Shown in pieces: positions 23,801 to 34,108 of a DNA stretch of 64,000 nucleotides. Both the position numbers and the translations under genes were made by a program. Under the pieces are notes generated by a model. The model searched no databases. It worked only from the letters and a program-made list of their open reading frames with translations, and had not been told where the DNA came from. Every line of letters begins with the position of its first letter. The first letter of the stretch is position 1. The DNA lies in contig JANHCV010000001.1 in NCBI GenBank assembly GCA_025594325.1, positions 1,798,001 through 1,862,000 on the forward strand, given 5' to 3'. The DNA comes from Blastocladiella emersonii ATCC 22665. Taxonomy: Eukaryota > Fungi > Blastocladiomycota.

Positions 23801-24762
23801 CGCCGCCGCCGCCCATGGGCGGCGCTGCCCCGGCGCCCGCGACGTCGCAGGCCGGCGGGTGGAACGACGCGCCGCCCGCGCCCATTGCCCCGCGCGGCCT
23901 CGCCAAGCCCGCAACCCCCGCGCCCATGCCGCCGCCGCCGTCCGCGCAGAACCCGTACGCGGCTCCCCAGCAGCAGCAGCAGCAGCAGAACGGGTACCCG
24001 AGCCCCGCGCCGCCCGCCGCCCAGTACAACCCGTACGCGCAGCCGCCGCCCGCCGCCGCGACCCCGCCGACCGCTGTCGCGGCGGCCGCCCCGCTCCCGC
24101 CCCCGCCCTCCAACGCGGTCGCGCCCGGCGCCGCGTTCGCGGGTAACATGATGGCCGGCCGTCCCGGCTCGGTCCCGCCGCCGCCGCAGGTCGCGACCGG
24201 CTCCGCGCTGCCCCCGCCGCCGCCTATGGGCGGCGCCGCGCCTGGCACGCCCGTCGGGAACGCTAACCCGTATGCGAACCCGTACGCCGCGACGCCCCCG
24301 CCGCCGCAGCAGCAGCAGGGTTACGGGATGGGCATGGGCATGGGCATGGCGCCGCCGCGTCCGTCGAGCGTTGCGCCCGCCGCGCCTCCCGCTGCCCCCG
24401 CGGCTCCGGCCGCGCCTGCGGCGCCCGCGTACCCGCCGGGCGACCGGTCGCACATCGCGGCCGAGCACCAGCCGCTGGCGCGCACGCTGATGGCGGCGCA
24501 GGCGCACATCAAGCAGCACGCGCAGGCGGCGCAGCGGCGCATGGCCGAGGACGCGGACCGCCGCATCAACACGCTGCTCGACGCGCTGAACGCGGGCGCT
24601 GTCGACGCGAGTGTGGCCGCGGCCCTCGTCACGTTCGGCCAGGCGATCGACGCGCGCGACTGGGAGTGGGCGGCCCGCGTCCAGCAGCAGCTCGCGGTTA
24701 CGAGCTTTGACCCCTGGATGCTCGGGCTCAAGCGGCTCGTGGATCTGCTCGCGCGGATGTAG
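20860..24762 (+). CDS. SEC31: COPII outer coat protein Sec31
   Basis: RTATLAWSP, ATGSVAGALDANFS, N-terminal WD40 repeats, KQPPKWLRRPCSVAFAWG, ACE1 region, Pro-rich region with GGWNDAP, and C-terminal DADRRINTLLDAL...W..GLKRL. Intronless, 1300 aa. Confidence 0.97.
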   Translation: MTRKSLNRTATLAWSPALPNQAHFPQYIATGSVAGALDANFSSQSELELFEVPFDTASGELRRVAGVASAARFNRLAWSGFTTPATPSGILAAGLENGELALYNPHALLHPATLDDGVTPADPVLFRSASHTAAVRGLDFNPVQTTLLGTGAGEGEILIWDLNNPTTPYSPGATKTPRLVGSEITALAWNRCVPHILATSSSNGVTVVWDLKNRREVFSLAAPSTSQAGAGGMWGGPSAGAGAGGMGSTGSRRQGVVVAWHPDVPTQFVTALEDDANPTVYVWDLRNAHAPLRVLSGHAKGIMSVAWCPKDSDLLLSCGKDNRTLAWNPSSGEMLGELPHADNWCFDVQWCARNPDWLSVASFDGSITVQSLLPSDPVAPASPTATSNDPFANIAPAQPTHSAIALKQPPKWLRRPCSVAFAWGNRLVHVSSGNNPKTVRVHSPASAGALNDAAKAASELQDAVRNGTLAELPRARVAATTPETPAAERTTWLVLQSLFDAEGGRKALVAHLDAAMTAAGLPTSSPTTLATPSSASAPADDGPLVHAVVHGNYAAAVDDALAQGRFADALVLAACGGHELFVHTRDVYLAGYASPLRSLVGQITAENWEAVVADRSLDWRQALVALLTYVHGDDLTARAGELGDQLPETDMDGKVMCYLLAGRVDRLVEIWTRNLTDAHLMSPVQQAPLGAWGAKNADRAANLHRVVEHATVLMHAVNAPKSVSGEGEDGALPAALRRTFAEYASTMAAAGALRVAWEYLAQVPADAHASIPELKDRVFRGLAKTDVPAGAVAPAAPYEPVQVASSIVPIAPAPAPVAAAPAASAPYNQSSYGQPLQQTPGPYGQPLQQTPGPYGQPQGYSGYAQNNPYATNTASPAMPPKPYNPYAPAPSAGGPQQQQHNLYAPPAPAMGTQAPYNPYAPPTATNAGPSAPPTAGQSFVPPAPSAFAPAPSSFQFAPPVPNNNAGGPLNTMGGMGSALPPPPPPMGGAAPAPATSQAGGWNDAPPAPIAPRGLAKPATPAPMPPPPSAQNPYAAPQQQQQQQNGYPSPAPPAAQYNPYAQPPPAAATPPTAVAAAAPLPPPPSNAVAPGAAFAGNMMAGRPGSVPPPPQVATGSALPPPPPMGGAAPGTPVGNANPYANPYAATPPPPQQQQGYGMGMGMGMAPPRPSSVAPAAPPAAPAAPAAPAAPAYPPGDRSHIAAEHQPLARTLMAAQAHIKQHAQAAQRRMAEDADRRINTLLDALNAGAVDASVAAALVTFGQAIDARDWEWAARVQQQLAVTSFDPWMLGLKRLVDLLARM
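23351..23429 (+). repeat. Perfect 33-bp coding tandem repeat (about 2.4 copies) in SEC31
   Basis: cgtacggccagcccctgcagcagacgccgggcc twice plus a partial third copy; encodes YGQPLQQTPGP repeats. Confidence 0.9.
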
Positions 24763-24932
24763 TTGTGTGTGAGAGGTTCGGTTTGGTTCTCTTTTCGTCT
24801 CGTTTGTTTTTTGTCTCTGATTATTGCCCCTGTTGTTGTTGTCCCGCAAGGAAATGGTTATCGTATTCGCTGCTACCGCTGTGTTGTGTGTTTGTGCAAG
24901 AAGGGAGGGGAGGGATATGAACACGAGAGACT

Positions 24933-26483
24933 TCACACGGCGGCCGTGGCCGCGGCCGACTCGATGGGCGACTTGGCCCCGCTCCCGCCGCCGCTGCCGC
25001 CGTTGGCCGACGCGGCGTTTCCGCCGGGCGGCGGCTTGATGGGCGCCATCTTGGCCGACGTCGCGGCCTTGCGCTGCTTGATCTCGCCGCCGCTGCCGTT
25101 CGCCTGCTTAGGGGCCGCCGCGGCGGCCTTCTTGGCGGGCGTCGGCGGCGCCGACCGGACCTCGACCTCCTGGACCTTCCCCGTGTCGCCGCGGATCACG
25201 TACTTGACCTTCCCCGGCTGGATCTGGTCCGCGGCGACGCGGGTCCACCAGTCCCAGATCCGCGCGTACAGGGTGTCGACGATATCCGGAGTCGTCGCGG
25301 GGTTACGGCGGCGGACGAGCGGGATCCACGCGCCGACGACGTGCGGGACGTGCGGGGTGTCGACGGCGAGGTCGTGCTGGACGCGGGCCGTGGCCGAGGG
25401 CTGGTGCGCGAAGAAGGCCTCGATGCACGAGGCGAGCTGCTCGGTCGGCGACGACTGGATCAGGATCGGCGTCGCGCCGTGCGTCGTCTTGGTCACGTTG
25501 ATGAATAGGTGCGCGTGGACCGCGGACTCGGCGGCGGTGACGGCCTTCTCGTCGGCGCCGATGCTCCACCACCGCTGGCGCGGGGCGGCGCGGCCGAGGT
25601 AGGTGCGGGCGACGCTGAGCTTGCGGTTGGTCATGACCGACAGGAAATCAAAGTGCTCGTTGGCGGTGGCGCTGGGCTGGAACGCGCTGGCGACGTCGAG
25701 GGCGGGCGAGATGAGGCAGAGGCCGGCGGGGAGCGCGGGCTCGTGCATCGCCCGCAAGAGGGCGTGGAGGGCGACGCACAGGTTGCCGCCGGCCGAGTCG
25801 CCGACGAGCACGATGCGGCGCGGGTCGATGTTGGCGTCGTTGACGAGCCAGCGGAACGCGGCGAGGGCGTCGACGAGCGCGCACGGGAACGCGTGTTCCG
25901 GGGCGAGCCGGTAGTCGACGGCGAGCACGGCGAACCCGAGCCGGGCGAGCCGCCGCGTCACGGCCCGGTACGCGCGCGTGTCGAGCGAGAAGAAGGCGCC
26001 GCCGTGCAGGAACAGCGCCACGGGCGTGTCGTGCGGGATCTCGGGCCACGCCGCGCGCGTCGTCACCCACTCGGCGTGCAGGACGCGCGTCGGCGCGTCG
26101 CCGTTCGGGAGAGCGCCCGCGGGCGCGTAGTCGATGCCGAAGGGGCGCAGGTCCGCCTCGTGCCGGCGCGGGGCCACGCGCAGCTCCACCTCGCGGTACA
26201 CGACGCCGTCGAGCAGGCGCAGCCGCTTCATGGCGCCGCCGAGCAGGCTGAGCGGGGCGAACAGCGCGCGGCCGAGCTGCGCGTTGGGCACGATGGCGCC
26301 GAACGCGCGCACCACGACCATGAAGACCTGCGCGCGGCGCGTGGCCGACGGCAGCGGCGGCGACACGAACACGGCGACCAGCGACGTGAAGAGCGCCCAC
26401 GCCCACGCCACGGCGCTCAGGGCGAGCGCGGCCGGGTACGGGTACGGCGGCGCCGTTGCTGATGACGGCGAGTGATCGGGCAT
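24933..26483 (-). CDS. Alpha/beta hydrolase, HSL/abhydrolase_3 family (Say1/Mug180-like) with N-terminal membrane anchor
   Basis: Oxyanion motif LFLHGGAFF, DYRLAPEHAFP, nucleophile elbow GDSAGGNL and LISP. Probable start MPDHSP at 26483. Confidence 0.88.
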   Translation of the reverse strand: MPDHSPSSATAPPYPYPAALALSAVAWAWALFTSLVAVFVSPPLPSATRRAQVFMVVVRAFGAIVPNAQLGRALFAPLSLLGGAMKRLRLLDGVVYREVELRVAPRRHEADLRPFGIDYAPAGALPNGDAPTRVLHAEWVTTRAAWPEIPHDTPVALFLHGGAFFSLDTRAYRAVTRRLARLGFAVLAVDYRLAPEHAFPCALVDALAAFRWLVNDANIDPRRIVLVGDSAGGNLCVALHALLRAMHEPALPAGLCLISPALDVASAFQPSATANEHFDFLSVMTNRKLSVARTYLGRAAPRQRWWSIGADEKAVTAAESAVHAHLFINVTKTTHGATPILIQSSPTEQLASCIEAFFAHQPSATARVQHDLAVDTPHVPHVVGAWIPLVRRRNPATTPDIVDTLYARIWDWWTRVAADQIQPGKVKYVIRGDTGKVQEVEVRSAPPTPAKKAAAAAPKQANGSGGEIKQRKAATSAKMAPIKPPPGGNAASANGGSGGGSGAKSPIESAAATAAV

Positions 26484-27255
26484 GGCGTTCGTTGCAGTTG
26501 GTGGTGACGTGGACCTAAGCGCGCAGCAGATGATGATACATGGAAGCGGGCAGCGCAGAGGGAGAGAGAGAGCGCGAGCGGCTTGGCCTCGGTGAACGTC
26601 GCGCCCGAAAGTGGAGCCGCGCGGTCCGCAGCGGGGCCCTCCTGCGCTCTCGACGGCCCTCCCGTTCCCAGCGTTCCCACGGCACGAAGTCGCGCGCTTC
26701 GAGGCGCATCGCGTCGCGTCGGCCCGCAGGGACCGCGTCTCTATCCCGCGGCCATTCGCATGCCCATCCGGAATCCATGCGGATGCCGCCACGTGCGCGC
26801 AGCGAAAACGTGTTCGCGCGCGATCGCGCAGCGGCAGGAGCCACGCCCCGCCACCTCCGACCGGCGCCGACTTCGACGCGCCTTGTTCGCCGCTACCCGC
26901 TCTCCCTGTCTAACTGCGATTGCAACGAAATCTCTACGAATCAAGTCTGTCTAATGAGTTTCCCGCTGGCGACGCCGACCACGGCACCACGGCGGCCGCG
27001 GCGCCGGAGCAGGCCGGGCTGGATGAATGGAAGCCGACCTGCTTGATCCCGCGCAACGCTATGCCACAGTCGCCGGTAACGCCCGCTATCGCCGGCCGAC
27101 GGCCGCGCCTGACTGCCGCCCACCCTGCGGTGCCACGCCCGACGCCCGCCCCGGCCGCCTGGCCGCCCATGCCTGCTCGAACCATGGCTCACGCTCTCTC
27201 TCCCCCTGATTCCTTCATTCCGACCGTCCCTGCTCTAGCCTTCCATCCGTCCGCC

Positions 27256-27700
27256 ATGCCGTCCTCGTCTACCGCCCCCGCCTCGTTCATCCGTGTCGAG
27301 CCCAAGGTCTTCTTCGCCAACGAGCGGTTCGTGTCCTCTCACCCCGCCGTTCCTCTCGGATCATCGCTCTAACCCAGCGCGTGTCTACAGTACCCTGCTG
27401 TCGTGGCTCAACTTCACCGTGATGCTGGCGGGTCTGTCGCTCGGCCTGCTCAACTTCGGCACCGACAAGGTCGGCAAGATCTCGGGCGTGCTCTTCACCG
27501 TCATCGCCATGGGCATCATGCTGTACGCGCTGTACCTGTACCTGTGGCGCGCCAACATGATCCGCCGCCGCGAGGGCGGGCCCTACGACTCGCGCTTCGC
27601 CCCCGTCCTCATCGTCATCGTCCTCTTCGCCGCCATGTGCATCAACTTTGGCCTGCGTGTCTCGGCCGACTCGACCCCTGCCGCGCCAGGCAGTCCCTAA
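27256..27700 (+). CDS. VTC1: Vacuolar transporter chaperone Vtc1 (DUF202; polyphosphate synthesis complex)
   Basis: [12 protein letters not shown]|[27 protein letters not shown], three TM helices and one intron. A possible extra 5' exon starts at 27027 (MEADLLDPAQRYATVA|gtaacg). Confidence 0.9.
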
Positions 27701-27925
27701 GTCGTCGTGGTTGTCGTAGTTGTCCATTCAAGTACCTCCCTTCTATCGGTGTGCCTTCTTTCTCCTCCTCACTACATCATCTCAGCTGTTCACTTGACCA
27801 TTGATGCGAGAAAACTTGACATGTTACATTGAGGAGCATATGGAGCAACTAGAGCGAATCCCCGGGCGCTGGTGCGGACCGGAGCAAGGGAACAAAAACG
27901 GTCGGCGCCAAGCCTTGACCCAGCC

Positions 27926-28746
27926 TTACATGGCAAACAGACCGACAGCCGCCATGACGAGGGCCGCGGCCGCCGAGCCCTGCACCGCCTCGGCGCCACT
28001 GCCGAGCACGTTCGACACGGTGGGCGGGGACACGGACGACGTGGCCGACGCGGTACGCGACGCCGACGCCGAGGTGGCCGACGACGAAGCGGCCGACGAC
28101 GACGAGGAAGCGGCCGACGAGGTCGACGACGCCGTAGCCGCCGACGTCGTGCGCGAGGCGGTGCCCGTCGCGGTGGCGGAGCCCGAGCTCGACGCCGCCG
28201 TCAGCGTGGCCGTCGACGAGGCGGGCACCGGGGTCGAGCCGTCCGACCCGATCAGCGGGAACGCGGCCGAGAACTTGGACGTGGACGCGGGCTGGTCGGC
28301 AAAGTTGAACCGCAGCGCGTAGTCGGAGCCCGGCGCCAGGTCCGACGGCACCGTGAAGGTGGTGCGGCCCGTCGTCGGGTCGACGTTGGTCGCCACCGTC
28401 GCCACCACGTTGTTGGCGCCAATGTTGTTGGGGTTGCCGTTGACTATACGGTGGCGCGGTGCGAGGCGGCGCGGTGCGAGGAAACGGTCAGCGGGCTGGC
28501 CACGAACATGCTGCGAGCAACGACGACGACGGCGGCGGCGGGATACGCACTGCGGATGAGCTCAATGGTGCCCGTGGTGCCGGCGGGGACGGCGCCGCGG
28601 CTCGCATCGTACGCCCACGTCACCGTCTCGGTGTTGCCGGCCTTCCAGCCGCCGACCGAGGGGGTGTTGACCGTCACGTCGATGGCCGAGGCCGAGCCGG
28701 CGGCCAGGAGGAAGGTGGCGGCGAGGATGGTCGAGAAGCGGGTCAT
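27926..28746 (-). CDS. Ser/Thr-rich GPI-anchored protein with Kre9/Knh1-like N-terminal Ig-type domain
   Basis: Signal peptide MTRFSTILAATFLLAAGSASA, then W.AG...TVTW, FTVPSDLAPGSDYALRF and S..F pattern. S/T/A stalk, hydrophobic C-terminus, one intron. Confidence 0.8.
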
Positions 28747-28944
28747 GGTGAAATGGGGGCGTTTGATGTGCTTATGCTGAGGGAAGAGGGGAAGAGGGAG
28801 AGGGGAGGCTTTGGTTGGAGCACGAGTGCGAGTGCGAGTGCGTGCGCGAGTTGGAGCGCCGGCCAAGCCACACGCCACGCGACTCGAATAACGTTAAACA
28901 TGTATTTAAGCTTCCACTCTGCAGAGAGAGCAGCGAAAACAAAA

Positions 28945-29015
28945 TGCACGCACCGGGAATCGAACCCGGAGCTCTACCTTGGGAGGGTAGAATTTTACCA
29001 TTAAACCATGCGTGC
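28945..29015 (-). tRNA. tRNA-Gly(CCC), copy 1
   Basis: Reverse complement GCACGCATGGTTTAATGGTAAAATTCTACCCTCCCAAGGTAGAGCTCCGGGTTCGATTCCCGGTGCGTGCA. 7-bp acceptor stem, CTACC/GGTAG anticodon stem with CCC, GGTTCGATTCC T-arm and downstream T-run terminator. Confidence 0.95.
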
Positions 29016-29101
29016 TTGCAAGTAAAACAGTTATTGAGTTTCTCACCATGACCACGCTGTAGCTCAGCTGCCGCCCCGTGGTTCGCAATGTATTCATCGC
29101 C

Positions 29102-30391
29102 TCAACCGCCAGGGTCAGGATAAACATCAGCGCCTGCGTGTAGCGATCCTTCACTCGCGATGGCCGACTGAATTGGGACGCCGGTCCGCTGGCCTCGGCC
29201 TTGCTCGCCGGCCGGCTCCTTGCTCGTGGCCATGGCCATGGTCGCGGTCGCCGCCGGCTCGTGGACCGTGACGCCGGCGCCCATCGTGATGAACTGGCTC
29301 GCCGAGTTGCGCCGTTGCCGAGACCGGCGCGTGTTGAACTGGACGAGCCGCTCGAAACTTCCTTCAATGAGGATCGCGAAGCCCGCGACCAGCGTGCGCA
29401 GCGGTCCGTAGTTGAGCGGGAGCGGGCCGTTCGTAGCCGTGATGTACGCGAACGCGCTCCACTCGACGACCATGAGCATGCTGAGGACAACGAACGTGTT
29501 GCTCAGCGGGTACGCCGTCTGACCCGCCTGGTGCTGCGACGAATTCGATCCGCGGACCGGCGACAGGGACGGCGAGCCAGACGACGACACCTGCGACCCG
29601 GAATCGAGGTGTTGCGACGACGCGAACTTGAACGACGCAACCGACTTGGTAATGGCGACCGCGCTGAGCCGCGCTCCGCCCGCGCCCTTGATCTCGGCCG
29701 CCGCAGCACGGGCGGAGCGGATGGCAGCCGCGGCAGCGGCCTTCGCAGCGGCGGCCCTGCTCTCTCGGCGGCGATGGCCGAACGCGACCTTGAGCGACCA
29801 CACGGTCCCCGCGAAGCACGTCACGGGGACGATGGCCAAGCCGGCGCCGACCCAGTCTGCAGCGAGCGGCGCCGCAACCCATTCGTGGAGCGGCGCGTTG
29901 CGACGGATGAGATCGAGCAGTATTGTGAGGCCACCGACGATGCCAACGACCCAGATCAGAAAGCACATGGCCGCGACGACGCGCAGGAACCGCTTGCGGC
30001 CTTCGGGACGCTCCATGACGATCAACACGCATCGCTGGCCAATGGCGAGGGTCAGCAGCGGGCCGACGCACGGGAAGAACGTCAGCCGCACGGCGCGAAA
30101 CGCGAGTACGTTGGGCTCGCGCGTGATCCACAGATTGAGAAAGTAGACGGCCGAGTTGATGCTCTCGAACAGCAAAAACAGCGCAGCGAGAAAGAGGACG
30201 CGACAGCGCATGACCATGAACGCCATGGCCGAGTCGCCCGGGATGAAGCGACCGATGGTCGGGAACGCGCGGCGCGCAAGGTAGCCGAGAACGAACACAT
30301 CCAGGGCCAAGGAGAGCGCGGCCACGACCACCGTGTTGACCGCGATCCGGTCCTCGATCAACGCGGGCATGAATCCATTGCTAGTAGTCAT
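29102..30391 (-). CDS. Orphan seven-transmembrane (GPCR-like) protein
   Basis: Intronless 429 aa ORF with seven hydrophobic segments, QRC at the end of TM3, a long basic/Ser-rich loop between TM5 and TM6, and a polar C-tail. Confidence 0.6.
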   Translation of the reverse strand: MTTSNGFMPALIEDRIAVNTVVVAALSLALDVFVLGYLARRAFPTIGRFIPGDSAMAFMVMRCRVLFLAALFLLFESINSAVYFLNLWITREPNVLAFRAVRLTFFPCVGPLLTLAIGQRCVLIVMERPEGRKRFLRVVAAMCFLIWVVGIVGGLTILLDLIRRNAPLHEWVAAPLAADWVGAGLAIVPVTCFAGTVWSLKVAFGHRRRESRAAAAKAAAAAAIRSARAAAAEIKGAGGARLSAVAITKSVASFKFASSQHLDSGSQVSSSGSPSLSPVRGSNSSQHQAGQTAYPLSNTFVVLSMLMVVEWSAFAYITATNGPLPLNYGPLRTLVAGFAILIEGSFERLVQFNTRRSRQRRNSASQFITMGAGVTVHEPAATATMAMATSKEPAGEQGRGQRTGVPIQSAIASEGSLHAGADVYPDPGG

Positions 30392-30606
30392 GATATCATT
30401 CTTATGATGCTCATAGCATCGCGTAGCTTTGTCGCAGCAACTCGGATCACGCTCGACGCGCCCGCTGGACGCGACCCGCGGTGCGAGACATGCTGCGAGA
30501 CATGTTGTTTCGCAAGCTCAAACCTTCACGGCTCCGCTGGAAGACCGATGAGATGATGATCAATGGGAATCTATGAGTGATGAATTATGTACAAAACTGT
30601 GCCACG

Positions 30607-33600
30607 CTACTGGCCATGGACAAACCGCTGGGCCGTGGCCTTGAGCGGGCCCTCGATGGTCGTAGTCCCGTCGCCGAACACGCCCGTGGCCTGCATCTTC
30701 CACTGCGACGCGGCCGCGCCCTCGGTCCCGCTGCGCGACAGCACGGCCATCATCACGGACCGCGACTGGCCCGCCTCGTCCTCGGTGAACGTGTAGCTCG
30801 CCAGCTCGCCCTCGGCCACGTTGGTGCCGTCTGCAAGCCGGATGAACGGGTCGCGCACCGCGGACAGCGCCGTCGTGTAACCCGTCATAAAGAAGGCGAG
30901 GTGCACGATCTCGCGCGGCGGCTTGCCGAGGTCAATGTTGATGCGGTGCGTGCCCTCCTTCTTGGCGTGGTCCACAATGTCGCCACTGTGCCGCACGGCG
31001 CCGTTGCCGCGGATCGAGCACGTGTTGTTCCACTTGATGTGCTCGAGCGAGTTGCCCTGCGCATCGAGGAGGAGCACCGACGCGTCGAGGAAGATGGTGC
31101 TGTCGGTCGGGTACCGCCACGTCTCCTCGACAGCCACCAGCGAGAGGTTGGGCGGCACCGTATACGACTCGCCGCGCAGCAGGATCTTGGACACGCCGCT
31201 GCTCTGCACCTTGGCAAAGTCGGTACGCCGCGTGTGGTACCCCTTGGCGAGCGATGCATGCACGGCCTTGTGCCACGCGCGCGTCGCCTGCACCGGCGAC
31301 AGCGGCGTGACCGCGACCGATTTGTACCACGCGCCCCAGTGCGGCGTCGCGTCGAGAATGGACCGGATCCCGCGCTGGATGCGCGCCGACACGCGCGCGG
31401 GCAGCTTGCCGTACAGCACGTCGGCGGTCAGCGCCATTTCCGTGACCGACTTGATGGGCGCGCCGTCCTGCCCGCCGAGGCCGCGATGCTCGCGCAGGAA
31501 CAGCGCGTGGAACGCGAACAGGCGGCGCGACACGGCCGACGACTCGAACGCGGCGTCGAGCAGCGCCGTGTCGGCCTTGGTCGGCGGCTTGCCGAGCGGG
31601 ACCGCCTGCCACGTCTTGACGACGGCCGGGTTCGCCTTGCCGAGCCATAGGACGGCGCGTGCCATGCTCTCCGAAATGAGCGCCGGCGCAAGGTCGCGCC
31701 ACGCGTACCGCTCGCTGACCGACAGCAGCGCGACGAGATCGCCGAGACTCGGCTCCGCGCCCTTGCTCCGCGCGTCCTCGCCGCCGTCGATGAACCGCGC
31801 GAGCCGCCGCTCGACTTCAGCCTGCAGCCGCGGGTACCGGTGCATGCAGGCGACCCACACGCGGTGGACCTGCGTGTACATCTCGACGGCGGCGTCGGAC
31901 GCGTACATTCCGCGGTCGGCGAGGAGCACGGCGCACGTGTTGAGCAGCTTGGGGAACACCTCGAGGATCATGCGCGGCGCGAACAGCGGCGCCGTGTCGC
32001 CCTTCTCGGCGGCGAGGGACGTGATGAACTCGCGCACGGCCGGCCACGCGCGGTTGAAGTGCTCCTGCGTGAGGTACGCGGGCAGCCAGAACGCGAATGC
32101 GCGGCGGTCCTCGGGCGTGCGGCGGACGCCGAGGTCGCGGAACGCCGTCTGCGACAGCCAAGCGAGCGTCGGCACCGCGTAGTCGAGCTTGCGCGTGCGC
32201 GGGTTCCACGTCGCCTCGACGGGGAAGCCCAGCACGTCGTCAGCAAACGGCACGCGCGTGTACCAGCAGCGCAGGTCGCGTGCCGCGTTGTTGTGCTCGG
32301 CCAGGTACGCGTACCGCCAGTTGGTCGTGTCCTCGCTCGCCGCGCCCGACGCCGCGTACGCTGGCCGGAACCGGCGCCAGACCTCGGCCGCCTGCGCGAC
32401 GCCGTGGAGCCAGCGGCACGCGCCGCCGAATGCGATGAGCGCGCGCGGGTCCGTGTCGCCCAGAACCTGCAGCAGCACCTCGGTGGGCAGGAGGCCGAGA
32501 CGGCCGGCTTTGGTGGGGTCGACAGCGGAAGACTGCTTGGCCGCCACTGGAGCCGCGGCCGGCGCGACCGTTTCGGCGACGACGGGCTTGGTCGAGGCGT
32601 TGGCCGGGAGGCCGTACTGCGCGGCCTTGGACGGCAGGATGTGGCGGACGTGGGCGACCGAGGACAGGGTCAGCACGCGCAACTTGGGCTTTTCGAGCTG
32701 CTGCTGGTCCTTGGCGACGCTGACAGGCGCCGCGACCGGCGCGGGGGCCGACGGTGGGGCAGCGACGGGCTTCTTGGTGGCGGCGTACACCTGGTCGAGG
32801 ACCGACTGGTGCGGGTGCGCGTTGGCGCGCGTGACGAGCGTCCACCCGTCGGCGAGGCGCATCCGGGTACCGCGGGCGTAGGCGACGGGCTTCTGCGGAC
32901 CCGCACCAGCGCCACTGCCGCTCGCGCCGTTGAGCGTGCGCGCATACTCGGCCTGGAGTCGACGGACCATGCCGAGCTGCTCGAGGACCGTCTTGGGCAT
33001 CTCGGGCACGGCCTGCGCGCCGCCCGCCGCCGCGGTCACGGCGTGGCGGCCCTTGGTGGAGGAGGTAGAGCCGGGAAGGGCAGGAAACGGCGCCGAGGCC
33101 GAGTGCCCGCAGGCCGAGCACTGGAACTCGGCGGCCGCCGCGGCCGCGGCCCGAACGCCGGCCTCGTCGTCCGACGCGCCCTCCTCGAGACGCGAGTCCC
33201 ACAGGAACGCCTGCAGCTGCATGAGGACCGAGCGCACCGAGTACGCCGAACTCCACCCGGCGCCCGCGGTCATCTTGTCCGGGTCTGTATCGCATACGAA
33301 GGAGCAAGTGAGTGACTTGTTTCGCTAAACGTGGAGCAAAGGACGGAACGTACCAGTCTCGAACATGTCGAGGCACACACGATGCTCGGCGCCGTGACGG
33401 TGCACGTTAGGGTGCTGCGGGAGACCCGTGCACAGCGCGACCTGGGGCGGCGCGGCCGGATACGCAGCCGGGAACCGCACGACCGCGTGCCACACGGTCC
33501 CGCGAAGCGGCTCGACCGCGAGATCCGCGGGCCCGCGCAGGTTCGCGTGCCACTCGAACAGGTTGCTGCCGCCGTCACCCTCGACGGGAGTGGCCGCGAC

Positions 33601-33717
33601 GTGCTCGAGCGGCGCCGACTGCAGCTCCTTGAGATCCCACATGAGCCGCTTGACGGCCACCTGGCTCGCCGACGTCGCCGCCGAGGACTTCTTCTTGGAG
33701 CCGGTGGAGCCGATCAT
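30607..33717 (-). CDS. Multidomain protein: UBC (E2) - CxxC - F-box - helical domain - TerD-like domain
   Basis: Exon 1: KRLMWDLKEL, NLFEWHANL.GP, FPAAYP..PP, HPNV...VCLDMF (catalytic Cys). Exon 2: GWSSAYSVRSVLMQLQAFL, FQCSACGH, F-box-like LGLLPTEVLLQVLGDTDPRALIAFGGACRWL, and C-terminal FLDASVLLLD...AVRHSGD...HRINIDL...LAFFM...WKMQATG. One intron at about 33283-33354. Confidence 0.8.
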
Positions 33718-34108
33718 GGTGCGGGAAGAGTGGTTCGAGGAGACGCGAGGCCGGGGAGGTCGAGGGGTCGAGTTGGCTGCGGTGGAGAGCAGCCGAGACA
33801 CACAGATCGACCACGGCGGCGTGGGGGCGCCCCGGCCTTTTATTGGGCGATTTGCATCAAGTCACGCCCGCCGCTGCTGTGTCATTTGGGATTCATCGTA
33901 CTGAGGGGCGTAATAGCGTGAGCGGAGGCGCGCGGAAGGGTGACGCGGCAGTGACTTGGACGCGTCGCCGCGTGTGGCTTGCAACGCGAGACACTGGACG
34001 CGTGGGCACGTGGAGCTTGCAGATCAACCACGTGCCGCGTGCGAGACGCGTTTGGAGACAATTCAACTTGACGTGGCTCGATACTGTTCTGGCATCATCG
34101 GCGGCTAG

